Below, piece after piece: positions 35,094 through 45,256 of a stretch of 64,000 nucleotides of DNA. A model generated the notes under the pieces. The model made no database searches, was not told the origin of the DNA, and was given only the letters and a program-made list of their open reading frames with translations. The translations under genes and the position numbers were made by a program. This DNA comes from Neophaeotheca triangularis (taxonomy: Eukaryota), in contig BAAIJX010000004.1 in NCBI GenBank assembly GCA_054600435.1, positions 1 to 64,000 on the forward strand, given 5' to 3'. Each line of letters opens with the position of its first letter. Positions within the stretch are counted from its first letter, which is position 1.

Positions 35094-35810
35094 TTACTGC
35101 GACCCAGAGCTCGAATATCCCTTCTGCTCCCCAGCAGCATGACCCTGCACAGCCTTCTCCACGCCCCTCCTCTTGGCATCGTCCTTGCCATCCTGACCCA
35201 CAAGCCCCCTCGTGCCACCCGTGGTGTTCACATTGCCGCTCGAAGCACCAGCGCCAGTGTTGGTTTCGGGAACTCCGGCTTTCTCTTTGACAGCGCGCGC
35301 GACGGAGGAGTTGCCGGGCAGAGCTGCTGCGGCCGCTTGGGCGACGTTGGTGGCAGTCGACTGCGCGGGACCACGGGTGGAAGAGGTGGGTTGGGGGTTG
35401 GAGGTGGTTGTGGAAGTGGGAGCGACACCGCGGGTAGTCGGGTTTGTGGCAGCGGGGTAGGTGGTTGTAGTGGGTTGTTGTTGGCCGGGCTGCATAGCAG
35501 CGCGAGTCTTGTCAGCAGCAGCTGCGGTGGAGGTCTGGGCTTGCTGGCCAGCGGCGCGGGTCTTGTCGGCGGCGGTCATGGGGACAGTGGTAGTGGCCGT
35601 GCCTGGGAAGGGAGCACGTGGAGTTTGTTGTTGGGGATTGGCGAGGCCGCTGGGCGAAGGGGCACGGGCGGTTTGTTGAGGGTTGACGAGGGTAGTGGCC
35701 GGGCTGCCTGGAGAAGGGGCACGGGTGGTTTGTTGGGGGTTGACGAGGTTGGCTGCGGTGGTGGTAGAAGTTGGGCGGGTGGTCTGGTTGTTGTTGTTAG
35801 GGGCAGACAT
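35094..35810 (-). CDS. Hypothetical low-complexity Thr/Gln/Ala/Pro-rich protein with internal repeats
   Basis: 238-aa ORF, ATG in good context (acaacaATGtct); three L(V/A)NPQQ-TxRAP(S/F)P repeats and two AADKTRAA repeats. Confidence 0.6.
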   Translation of the reverse strand: MSAPNNNNQTTRPTSTTTAANLVNPQQTTRAPSPGSPATTLVNPQQTARAPSPSGLANPQQQTPRAPFPGTATTTVPMTAADKTRAAGQQAQTSTAAAADKTRAAMQPGQQQPTTTTYPAATNPTTRGVAPTSTTTSNPQPTSSTRGPAQSTATNVAQAAAAALPGNSSVARAVKEKAGVPETNTGAGASSGNVNTTGGTRGLVGQDGKDDAKRRGVEKAVQGHAAGEQKGYSSSGSQ

Positions 35811-36539
35811 TGTTGTCGAGTGGGGGTTGATGGCTGGTGTTGCTTGGAGGTCGGAAGTTAAAACGTGTGGTCAAGTAGGAAGCTTGTAGATGAGTGCTTT
35901 GCTGGTGATGCTGATAGTGAAGTTGTAACGAGGGCTTGAATGAGTAAGTTATTGCGTGTGAGAATGGATGTTGGGAGGAAGAAGAGAGAGAGGAAGAGTC
36001 CCAGGATGCTGGGAGTCGGAAGATATACTTACCCATCTGGCTGGTAAACACGCGTGCTTGCAGCAGGAAGCGGTGAGTACTTACCCTACAATGGCTGTTG
36101 AAACACTCTTTCCTCGTAATGGCAATGGAAGTTGCATGTTGTTGCTGCCGCTCGATCCGTGGATCGACTCCGAGCTTGAGATATGGAGTGAGAACCTAGG
36201 TAGAAAGTGTGAGCAGGAATCTGAGCTCAACATTGCCCTGGGGCATTTCAATAGCTTGATCGACCGGCTGGGCGAGTATTAAGGGCCTTCCAATTCTGAA
36301 TGGATGCGAACTCCATTAAAGCAGACACGTATTGCAACCAAGAAGGTGTAGTGCCGACAGCCGCCCTCTTAAAGGCAGGATCGTATAGAGCTTCTCAAAG
36401 CAGGAAGGCGACCAACTCAAAGAAGCCTGGGCATTCCGAGTTGGCAGGAAGCGGACGGACTGGGGATCTTACTTGCCTCGATACCGAGCACGTGTGAGAT
36501 CGATTAAGAGACATCCTCGATGATATCTATGGGGAGGCC

Positions 36540-37946
36540 TCATCGGCTTTGAGTCCTCGTCCAGTCATCGACATCGACATGTTCATCCCAAACATCCTCA
36601 CCTTCGTCCTCACTGTTCTGGGCCCCTCCCTCGGTATCCTCGTCGTACCCGTCTTTACTACCCTTGATCCTGGAATTTGCATCAGTACCACCTCCATCGC
36701 CCGAACCAACTTCATCACGATGAGAAGAAACCATCACTGCCGACGCAAAAGCGACGCTGTCCATATCGCCGTTTTCGTCAACGCTCTCACGAGCATCCCG
36801 ACCATACCTCTTCCTCTCCGTCGCCCTCCCCTCCCTCTCCATCCGAGCCACCTCCCTACCACCCCACTGGACAACCCATTTTCCCTCCCCTCCATCATAG
36901 TCCAACCTCGGGCAAACAGCAAAAACAGCCCGCCACAACCTCCGCATACTCCGCCCGCCAATGCTACCCGCCTGGTTACTCTTCTCAATCCCCAACCTCT
37001 CCAACCTAGGCTTCCCCTTCAAAACCACAGCTTCTAATGCACTAAAATCCTTTCCCCCATCAACACCAATATCTTCTACGACCTTCCGCCGAGGCGGCTG
37101 CACCGGTTCTACGCGTCCACTCCCCGAAGCGAGATCTCGGAGACGTTCCCATTCTTTCGTCGGTAGAGGTGGGTGCACGCGCTCCAGAGTGTGGGCGTAC
37201 CAGGTTTTCTCGAGGTTTCGGAGACGTTTAAGCGGCATAGGGCGGTTCCAGACGTTGGTGGTGGGGAACTGGGGGTTGATGTTGCGGAGAGTGGGGCGGA
37301 AGAGGGTAGGGAGGGAGGTTTGGGATTGGGAGAGGAGGAGGGCGTGGAAGGCGGGCTTTAGGAGAGGTAGTGTTGGTGTGGGGGTCTTAGAGGCGTTTGG
37401 AGATTGCTCGACGGTAGTAGGTTTGTGGTCGCTGGGGTGTTGAAGTAGTGGGTTAAGTAGTTCGTGCCGTCGACGTCCGGTGCGGCCGTAGGTCATGGCG
37501 AGGACTTTGAGCATGAGTTTGAGGTCGCCCGTATTAGCTCGCTGGAGCTGGCCGAGGGCTTTTCGGGCTTCAGCCGTGGTGGTCCGCTGTCGTGTGCTGT
37601 CCCATTGTGGTGGAGGTGGGTTTTTGGCGGAGATGCGGGTGGTGGGATCGCGGGAGGAGGTCCTGGTCGAGACGGATCGGCGGTAGCGCTGAAGAATGTG
37701 GGTGGCCAGCCATTGTCGGGACTGCGGGTCGGGTAGGTAGGTGCATTCTCTTAGAAGGCTGCGGAGGAGGTGTCGGGGGGTGGAGGGGTTGTGGTCGACG
37801 GCGAGGGCGTCCCCCTCATGGCTGGCCGTTGGTGAATGTGCATGGTTGGAGGAGTGTCTGAGAGTAAGTGGGCGATAAGCGGTGGCAGTGAGCCGTCTGC
37901 ATATCAGTCGTTGTGGACGAGTACGGCCCAGCAGGCTCCAAGACAT
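36540..37946 (-). CDS. Mitochondrial LYR-motif-like protein (Cup1/LYRM2-like N-terminal domain)
   Basis: Arg-rich, acid-free N-terminus resembling a presequence; RHLLRSLLRECTYLPDP...ILQRYR; YGRTGRRRHELL; NVWNRPMPLKR; RSMRRLW. Confidence 0.7.
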   Translation of the reverse strand: MSWSLLGRTRPQRLICRRLTATAYRPLTLRHSSNHAHSPTASHEGDALAVDHNPSTPRHLLRSLLRECTYLPDPQSRQWLATHILQRYRRSVSTRTSSRDPTTRISAKNPPPPQWDSTRQRTTTAEARKALGQLQRANTGDLKLMLKVLAMTYGRTGRRRHELLNPLLQHPSDHKPTTVEQSPNASKTPTPTLPLLKPAFHALLLSQSQTSLPTLFRPTLRNINPQFPTTNVWNRPMPLKRLRNLEKTWYAHTLERVHPPLPTKEWERLRDLASGSGRVEPVQPPRRKVVEDIGVDGGKDFSALEAVVLKGKPRLERLGIEKSNQAGSIGGRSMRRLWRAVFAVCPRLDYDGGEGKWVVQWGGREVARMEREGRATERKRYGRDARESVDENGDMDSVAFASAVMVSSHRDEVGSGDGGGTDANSRIKGSKDGYDEDTEGGAQNSEDEGEDVWDEHVDVDDWTRTQSR

Positions 37947-38066
37947 GTCCCTTTTCCTCCCATTGTTGCCTTGAGTCCACTTCAAAGTGAAGGTCGCCCA
38001 CTTTCTTCAACCAATGGCGAGCCAGACAGATGATCCCGGTAAAGCTTGGCACCAACGTCACGGCAA

Positions 38067-38083
38067 ACGCGACCATAACGCGT
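38067..38083. promoter_or_regulatory. MCB-like elements in the LYR/SWI6 bidirectional promoter
   Basis: ACGCGA 38067-72 and perfect MluI box ACGCGT 38078-83. Confidence 0.4.
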
Positions 38084-38349
38084 CGACCTCTCCCGCTACT
38101 TTCGAATTAGGCAAAGACCGAGGCGCATTTCGACACACTCGCGACGGCGACGACATCGAGAGAGAGACACATTCCACCGGCATCTCGGGAAGGGACTGCG
38201 CATTATCGATAGTCAACCACGACGACAACGCCGCCTCCACCACTCTCACCACCCCCACTCTTGGCTCTTCCACCTGCGCCTCCTCCACCACCACCACCAC
38301 CTCTATCTTCCACCGCGCGGCCAGCGCATGGTCGCCGCCCGCGCCCGCC

Positions 38350-41300
38350 ATGCCTCCCACCCCACATCAATCCCACTCCTTCTCCCATCACATCCAGGCC
38401 TCGCCCAACGGCCTACCGTCGCATCCCGGTCACCACGCGAACGGCGGTCACGCCCCATACTACCCCAATATGTCCTTCGATAGCAGCCAGCAGCAGCAAC
38501 AGCAATCTCAACATGCACACTCTGCCTCGCAACAACCGCCTCAACACAGCCAGAGCTTTCCCAACGGCCCTGTTAGCAATCCAGGCTATGCGCGCAGCTT
38601 CGGCGACGGATACGGGAGTGGGCGCGGATATGGCGAGAAGCCTCAGATATATACCGTAAGTATTACTTATAGAGTAAGCTCTTTCGCGCATCGTGACAAC
38701 GCTAACAAAGATGCGCAACAGGCCGTCTACTCCGGGGTAAGCGTCTACGAGATGGAAATCAATAGCGTCGCATGCATGCGCCGACGCAGCGACGGCTGGC
38801 TTAATGCAACTCAAATTCTCAAAGTTGCCGGTGTCGACAAGGGCAAGCGGACAAAGGTCCTCGAAAAGGAGATCCTCACAGGTCAGCACGAGAAGGTACA
38901 GGGAGGGTACGGCAAGTACCAAGGCACTTGGATCAGCTACTCGCGGGGTCGTGAGTTCTGCCGTCAATACGGTGTAGAAGACGTTCTGCGACCGCTTCTC
39001 GACTACGACGTCACCGCCGACGGCGCTGGAGGCCCTGGTCAGCAGGAAACTCCCACCAAAGAACAAGCCATGGCCGCAAATCGTAAACGTTTTTACAATT
39101 CCAGCCTCGATGCCAGACCCAACCTCGGCCCTTCCACGAACGGTACCTTCTTTCAAAATATCTCACCTACAACTTCTGTAGCTCTTGCGGCTATGAACAA
39201 AGCAAGATTGAACTCACCCGCACCGAGACCATCCAGTGGACATCGCGCTGGGAGCATGCGCAGGCCAAGCCAGCAAGACGCTTTCCCTGGTGGAAGTCAG
39301 CAGAGTATGGTGTCGGATGGCAGTTTCGTTGAAAGCAAATACGACTCAGGGTACAGCACTCAGCCGAATGGTAATCACGGTGGCGAACCACCAAGGAAGC
39401 GCATGCGACAAGATGGGGACGAGGGCATGGGACCGCCGCTGATCCACCGCGACACGTCCATGCGCTCAGCGACCCCCACGGAGCCCAACGAAAGCTTCGT
39501 CTACGAGAATCAAATCCCTCCAGACTACCCATCCGATGCGGCAGGTGGTTCCGTAGCTCTCTCATCTTTACCCACGCCTCGCACGGAAGATCAAGAAGAG
39601 AAGATGCGAATGCTGCTTGATCTCTTCGCCGACTCCCGCATGGATTACAGCAGTCATCCTGCTTTAACAGAGCTATCCGGAGAGGATCTGAACATACCTC
39701 TTGACGCTTCCGCTAACAGTGCGCTTCACTGGGCTGCAACGCTGGCCAAGGTACCCTTACTGCGGCTCCTTATCAAGCGTGGCGCAAACATCTGGCGAGG
39801 CAACGCGGCGGGGCAGTCTCCTCTGATCAGTGCGGTCCTCGTCAGTAACTGCTGGGAACATGCGTGCTTTCCGGAGTTGCTTGAGGAGCTGGGCGCGTTG
39901 ATCGAGATTCGCGATCTTCAAGGCCGGACAATTCTCCATCACATCGCGGTCTCATCTGGAATCAAGGGAAGAGCGCCGAGTAGCAAGTACTACCTCGAAG
40001 CGCTGCTGGAGTTCCTAGTGCGAATAGGAAAGCATTCTGGGATATCCGGCGCGCCTTCAGCTGCTTCAGCCGCCGTGGCCTTGACGCAAAAGTCGAATGG
40101 AGACGCCTCTGCGCAGTCGAGTCAAGAAGCCGCCACGCCAGTACCTGGGGCCACGACGAGTAAAGGCCAACCAAGTCTGAGTCGATTCATGTGGCACATT
40201 GTGAATGCAAGAGACAAAGCCGGTAACACCGCCCTTAACCTTGTCGCACGAATCGGCAACCGCAGCATCATCCAGCAATTGCTCGAGATCAACGGCGATC
40301 CGAGTCTGCCAAACTACAAAGGTGTTTGTGCAAAGGATTTTGGCGTTGGTCTTGAGCCTGGAGAGCAGCTATTAACCAACGGTCTGACGTCGCAACAATC
40401 TCAGTCAAATTCGCAACAGCAGGTCACAACTACTCAAACTACAGTTGATGGAGAACCAGCTCCAGAGGCAGGCAACGAAGCAGAAGAGCTAGGCCAAGAC
40501 CTAATCTCATGTAAACCCCCCCACCCACCCAACGCCCCCTTTCTACGCACCCAAGCTAATCCTTCACCTTCCCCTCCAGCCATCCAATCCCTAATCGACC
40601 CCCTTCTCCAAACTCACAAGTCCCAGCTGGCCGCCCACGACGCCCGCCTGGCCGAACTAATGGCCGAAACCCGCGACCTAGCCAGCACGCACCAAACCGC
40701 CCAAGAACACCTCCACGCCCTCCAAAGTCAAGCGCAAACCCGCAAAGACAAGCAACTACAACTCTCCAACTTGCAACGCGAACTCTCATCGCGTCGAGCC
40801 CAAATGTCACCCCAAAGCCTCTCAGCCGTCGAAGCTCTCAAAACCCGCAGAATTCAAAACCCCGAAAGCGCCGACAATGACAACAGTCTAGACACCCACT
40901 TCGGCCTTCCGGCGGCTCTAACCGCCTACCTCGCCGCGAACCCGGACGCGCTAACCCTCCCACAGCATCTGTCTGGCCAACTTCCCCCTCTCTCGCAGCT
41001 GCGTAAAACCATCCGCGCTTACGAAGCCAACAACGCCTTTTTACAATCTCAACTCGACGACCTCTCCGGTCGGAACGTGGTACAGCAGGGCTTGTACCGA
41101 CGCGTCGTCGCGCTGAGTTTAGGCGTCGATGAGAGTAGTGTGGAAGCTAACCTAGGGGCGTTGGTACAGGCTGTGGAGAGTGAGGGCAGGAGAGGTGAGG
41201 GAGAGGCGATGGCTGGGAGTGGAGTTGGTGGTGCTGGGGGATTGGCGGTTGGAAGCGAGGTGGGGAGGGTGAGGGAGTTTTTGAGACGGGTGGATCGGGG

Positions 41301-41370
41301 GTCTGGGAGTGGGAGTGGAGGTGGTACGGTAGGGAGGGAGGAGTTGGAGGGGTTGGCGGGGGTTTGTTAG
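38350..41370 (+). CDS. SWI6: APSES (KilA-N) and ankyrin cell-cycle transcription factor, Swi6/Cdc10-type MBF subunit
   Basis: PQIYT/AVYSGVSVYEM...RRRSDGWLNATQILKVAG...HEKVQGGYGKYQGTWI; ankyrins SALHWAATLA, TILHHIA and GNTALNLVARIGN; C-terminal coiled coil with LYRRVVALS; introns 38656-38721 and 40511-40579. An in-frame upstream ATG at 38014 is possible. Confidence 0.9.
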   Translation: MPPTPHQSHSFSHHIQASPNGLPSHPGHHANGGHAPYYPNMSFDSSQQQQQQSQHAHSASQQPPQHSQSFPNGPVSNPGYARSFGDGYGSGRGYGEKPQIYTVSITYRVSSFAHRDNANKDAQQAVYSGVSVYEMEINSVACMRRRSDGWLNATQILKVAGVDKGKRTKVLEKEILTGQHEKVQGGYGKYQGTWISYSRGREFCRQYGVEDVLRPLLDYDVTADGAGGPGQQETPTKEQAMAANRKRFYNSSLDARPNLGPSTNGTFFQNISPTTSVALAAMNKARLNSPAPRPSSGHRAGSMRRPSQQDAFPGGSQQSMVSDGSFVESKYDSGYSTQPNGNHGGEPPRKRMRQDGDEGMGPPLIHRDTSMRSATPTEPNESFVYENQIPPDYPSDAAGGSVALSSLPTPRTEDQEEKMRMLLDLFADSRMDYSSHPALTELSGEDLNIPLDASANSALHWAATLAKVPLLRLLIKRGANIWRGNAAGQSPLISAVLVSNCWEHACFPELLEELGALIEIRDLQGRTILHHIAVSSGIKGRAPSSKYYLEALLEFLVRIGKHSGISGAPSAASAAVALTQKSNGDASAQSSQEAATPVPGATTSKGQPSLSRFMWHIVNARDKAGNTALNLVARIGNRSIIQQLLEINGDPSLPNYKGVCAKDFGVGLEPGEQLLTNGLTSQQSQSNSQQQVTTTQTTVDGEPAPEAGNEAEELGQDLISCKPPHPPNAPFLRTQANPSPSPPAIQSLIDPLLQTHKSQLAAHDARLAELMAETRDLASTHQTAQEHLHALQSQAQTRKDKQLQLSNLQRELSSRRAQMSPQSLSAVEALKTRRIQNPESADNDNSLDTHFGLPAALTAYLAANPDALTLPQHLSGQLPPLSQLRKTIRAYEANNAFLQSQLDDLSGRNVVQQGLYRRVVALSLGVDESSVEANLGALVQAVESEGRRGEGEAMAGSGVGGAGGLAVGSEVGRVREFLRRVDRGSGSGSGGGTVGREELEGLAGVC

Positions 41371-42383
41371 TTTAGGAGTGCGATTTGAGTTTGCTTTTGG
41401 TGATCTTGTGGGCTCCGGCAAATGGAGATGGCCGAGGCGGAGGTGTGAGAAGAGGATGAAGAAGAGGTGAGGCTCATGAAAGATGGGCTGGAATCCGGCG
41501 AGGAAATAAGTGGATTCGTGGACGGGGAACACGGAACAGGGAGTGTACATGTCTGTCCGTCTGGCTGGCTCACTGGTTGGCTTTTTCATATATGGGCGGC
41601 ACTTTACTAGGCTTTTATGATATCTTTGGACGCAGTGCTTTGCTTGGCGGGCTGCGGTGTGTGAATGGACAACCTTTTCCAAAACGAAATTATTGGACCT
41701 TGGCTATCTACCTGCCATTCCTCTTTGTTGTTAGTCTTAGATACCTGAGGTACCTTGGTTTACGAGGTGGCTACGCCCGCGAGGCTCGATGAACCCCACG
41801 GACTCCTACACGTTTTGGTCTCGGTCCGCTTGTGGCGTGGCGCAAAGAGGGATGGCTCGTGCTTCCGGCATCTCTCACTTCACCTCACTTCACCTCTTTA
41901 GGTACAGTAAAGTAGGTAAGTAGGTACTGCACCTAAGTGAGATTGGGATTGCAGCTTTCACGACTCCACAGCAGCAACACGACCGGGATATTCGGTCGGA
42001 TCCATTTCGATTGGGAAAAAGGGGAGCGCTCGTTATAAAGCCCGGCCACCCTTGTCTCGACTCGGAAACGCGGAACATTCGAAGCATTCGTCATATAGGA
42101 GAGGTATGAGGTGATCATGCTTAAAAGGGCTGCTATCAGCTGGAACTACAACTGATGCGTTATGCAGCCTTTTCTCGCTAGGGGGTTAGATGGGCTAGCT
42201 TCATGAGTTAAGTGTACGTGCTTGACGGTGGTTTTGTCGCCTGAACCTTTACCTTCGATTCTTCATCCGACCTTCCGTATCCCTTCGCTCGCCTACATGC
42301 CTTCTTACTAATTCTGATCCCAGCTTCTCTTCTCCATCTCTCCACGTTGAGAGCTGGCGCGAAACCGCCCTCAACCAACAAAC

Positions 42384-43062
42384 ATGTCGACATCGCAAAC
42401 CCAACCCCCCTCCAACAACAATCCAACCCTCAAACCGGCGACCCGAGACGGTAAGCCCCACCCAGCTCCATTCTCTTCAAAAGCTCCCAGAACTAACCTC
42501 CCAACCCTTCCCCCCAGACGTCCCAGAAATCCTAACCCTCATCCACGAACTCGCCGCCTACGAAAACGCCACCTCCTCCGTCCAAGCAACCGAAACCTCC
42601 CTTGCCCGCACTCTCACTTTCGCGCCCGGAGGCAACTCCGCCGCACCCGTGAACACAGGATACGCGAAATGCATCCTCGTCTACGCCCCCAGCCCCGAAA
42701 ATACCACAACAACCACTCTGGCAGGTTTCGCCCTGTACTTCCCCAACTACAGTACCTGGCGCTCCAAACCAGGTTTGTACCTCGAGGACCTTTTCATTCG
42801 GCCGGCTTTCCGGAAACAAGGCTTAGCGACGCTGGTTATGAGGTTTTTGGCTGCGGAGGTGCTGAGGATGGATGGCGGGAGGTTGGAGTGGAGTTGTTTG
42901 AGGTGGAATGAGGGGGCTTTGGGGTTTTATCAGGGGCTGGGGGCGGAGAGGATGGACGGATGGGTGGGGCTGAGGGTGGAAGGGGAGGCTTTGGTGGGGC
43001 TGGCGAGGGGAAGGCATCCTGGGGCCGTGGCTCAGGACGGGAGGGGGGGAGAGTCGGTCTGA
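42384..43062 (+). CDS. GNAT acetyltransferase (diamine/spermidine N-acetyltransferase, Ats1-like)
   Basis: Intron 42451-42517 gives ATRDDVPEILTLIHELAAYE; YFPNYSTW..PGLYLEDLFIRPAFRKQGLA; RLEWSCLRWNEGALGFY. Confidence 0.92.
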
Positions 43063-45256
43063 GGCGGAGGCTGAGGGGTAGATTAGTTGGTCGGGTTGCG
43101 GGGTATCAAGGGAGGTGTTTGGAAGGGGCTGTAACTACCTTGCCAATCTACTGCTGCAGTCCATTGACCTCAGAACGACTCATTCCGGTCAAGGGTTGTA
43201 AGTATCTCGAAGCCCTTCCACCGGCGTGCAGAGCGAGTTGAAGGCCAAGCAGCCCCCAAGGCACCGAGCAAACGCCACCAAATACTATCACGCTATCCTG
43301 TCAACTCACCGAAATTACTGCGAGCACAATTAAGAGCCTTGCCCTTGTCGTGGAGTTTCCGACTACCCGTCTAGTCAAATCCAAAAGCAAGATTCTGGGG
43401 CCAAAGGCCTCCGGACGAGGGTCTCTCGAACGAAGGGAAGAAACATCGCCGTCCACCGACGGTCCCGACCTGTTAAACATTGCAGTACACGCGAATGATT
43501 TTATGAAACCGAAGTACCTCCATGAAGTGATAATGGAAGACGGTACGCCGAGACCAAAACGGCGCCGCCCGCTTTCGTCCGATGAACAGGGCAATCTCCC
43601 TTTCCTCCATCTCCTACAAACATCTCCCGTCAACATCAAAGGATATCGAAAGGCGTTCTCACGCCTCGAGTTCTTGCTAACGCATGCTCGGCTCTAGCCA
43701 GACGCTGCGAGTCCTGGTAAAAAGGCGAATGCAACCCGCTCTTTCACTTCTCTGGAGCTTGTCTCATACCATGCAATGAGGCCTGTTGCAGGGTTAAACG
43801 AACGGTAGTCCCGGCCCACTGATACGAAGGTAGTCAGACTCCGTGGCGACCTTTGGCCGACGTGGACAACGACCGCAGCCGTAGTGCTCACTCACCATGA
43901 AGGCACACATCTCGCTAGGCTCACAGGAGGAATTCTGGACGCCATGAGAATGAATGTCTCTTCTTGAGTCTCACTTGGAAGTAACTGAAATCCTAGGGAG
44001 GGAGATTTGCTTTGCCTACCCTGGCATTGATGTAATTTCCCAGGGGAAACCACAGTCTGGTTGCTGTGCCAGTGCCACTATAACTATGCTTGTCGCATTG
44101 TAGCCTGGAATCACTCCCGCAGCATCTTCAGCAGAGGCGAATTTGCCCCCTTGTCCGACGTTACAATTCGGTCCGCAGATTCGGAATTCAAGTGCCACCA
44201 GCCCAGTTTCTTTGCGCAAACTCCACGATACTTCAAAGCGCTATGCAATGCAGAGAGACTGTAAGCAGCACTTTCCCCCCTCCCTCCCCCCCACTTTTTC
44301 CAAGTTCGACCCGCTTCTCCGACAGATGTACCGACAAGAACGCAGGAAAAGACTTTAAAGACCACGACGCCTCAGAGCGATAAGATGCGTCATCTGTCCT
44401 CCCTCAGCATTGCTGCGATAACTCCACGGCATCAACGATCTCCTCCAAAGAGAACACATGTCCACGGGAGAGAATCTAGGTAAATCTCGTCTTTATGATG
44501 GAAAGTTTTTCCACCGTCGCCGACAAGCACGCCCTACTGGCTTTGGGCGGAAGCGATATGGGGAACGTTTTTGAACGAGCTTTGGGGCGAAGCAAAAGGA
44601 TGTTCGGGAGCTCGGATGAACCATTTTGGCTCTCGAAAGCCCGTGTGAGCAACAGCGATCGCTTCCGGAAGAGTGGAGAGGACACTTTGCGGAAGAAACC
44701 TGCCAGCGCTGGGTAGAGGTCCAAGGGGATAAGACGTTGATGAGGGAATGGAGAGACGAGTGTGCTGCTCCCGCCAAGGGGGAAATTGACGGCGACGAGA
44801 GGATGGAATGTCGTGTTTGAGCCGGGCCCCGGCTGGTGTCCACGCAAGTCAAGGCCGGAAGGCTAAGAGCAAGCACGGGTCGTGGGATTTCGTCTACGTT
44901 CCGCTTCCGGGCGCTGATGGAGATACTTTGTTCTCCAAGACTTTGTACTGGGACTAGGCGAAAGCCCGTCAGTCAGATGCTCTTTGCAGCAGATGTCAGA
45001 CAATGCCCCTTAGGAGTGAGCGAGCCTTGATGCGATCCTAGCGTGTACATGATAGCTACTACCCGGTATCAAGTCAGTTGGGTTTTTGTTCCAGATACGA
45101 TACCAATTTTGATCGAGTCACGGTGACCATGGAAGACAAAAAGAAGAGCCGACTGCAGAAATGCGACATCAGATTCGGATGCGTGAAGTCCTGACCAGAG
45201 CTGTTAACACTCACCTAGAAGTGAGCACAGCAGTCGAAATACGGTAAATCATCTAT

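Noticed and set aside
34854..35861. 335-aa Gly-rich + strand ORF
   Set aside because: Non-ATG start, antisense to the better-supported 238-aa ORF, and its composition follows the local skew.
43100..45200. 2-kb gene-free interval considered as telomerase RNA or a pseudogene
   Set aside because: No complete TAACCCTAA-type template found on either strand and no recognisable protein motif in the frames I read; left unexplained.
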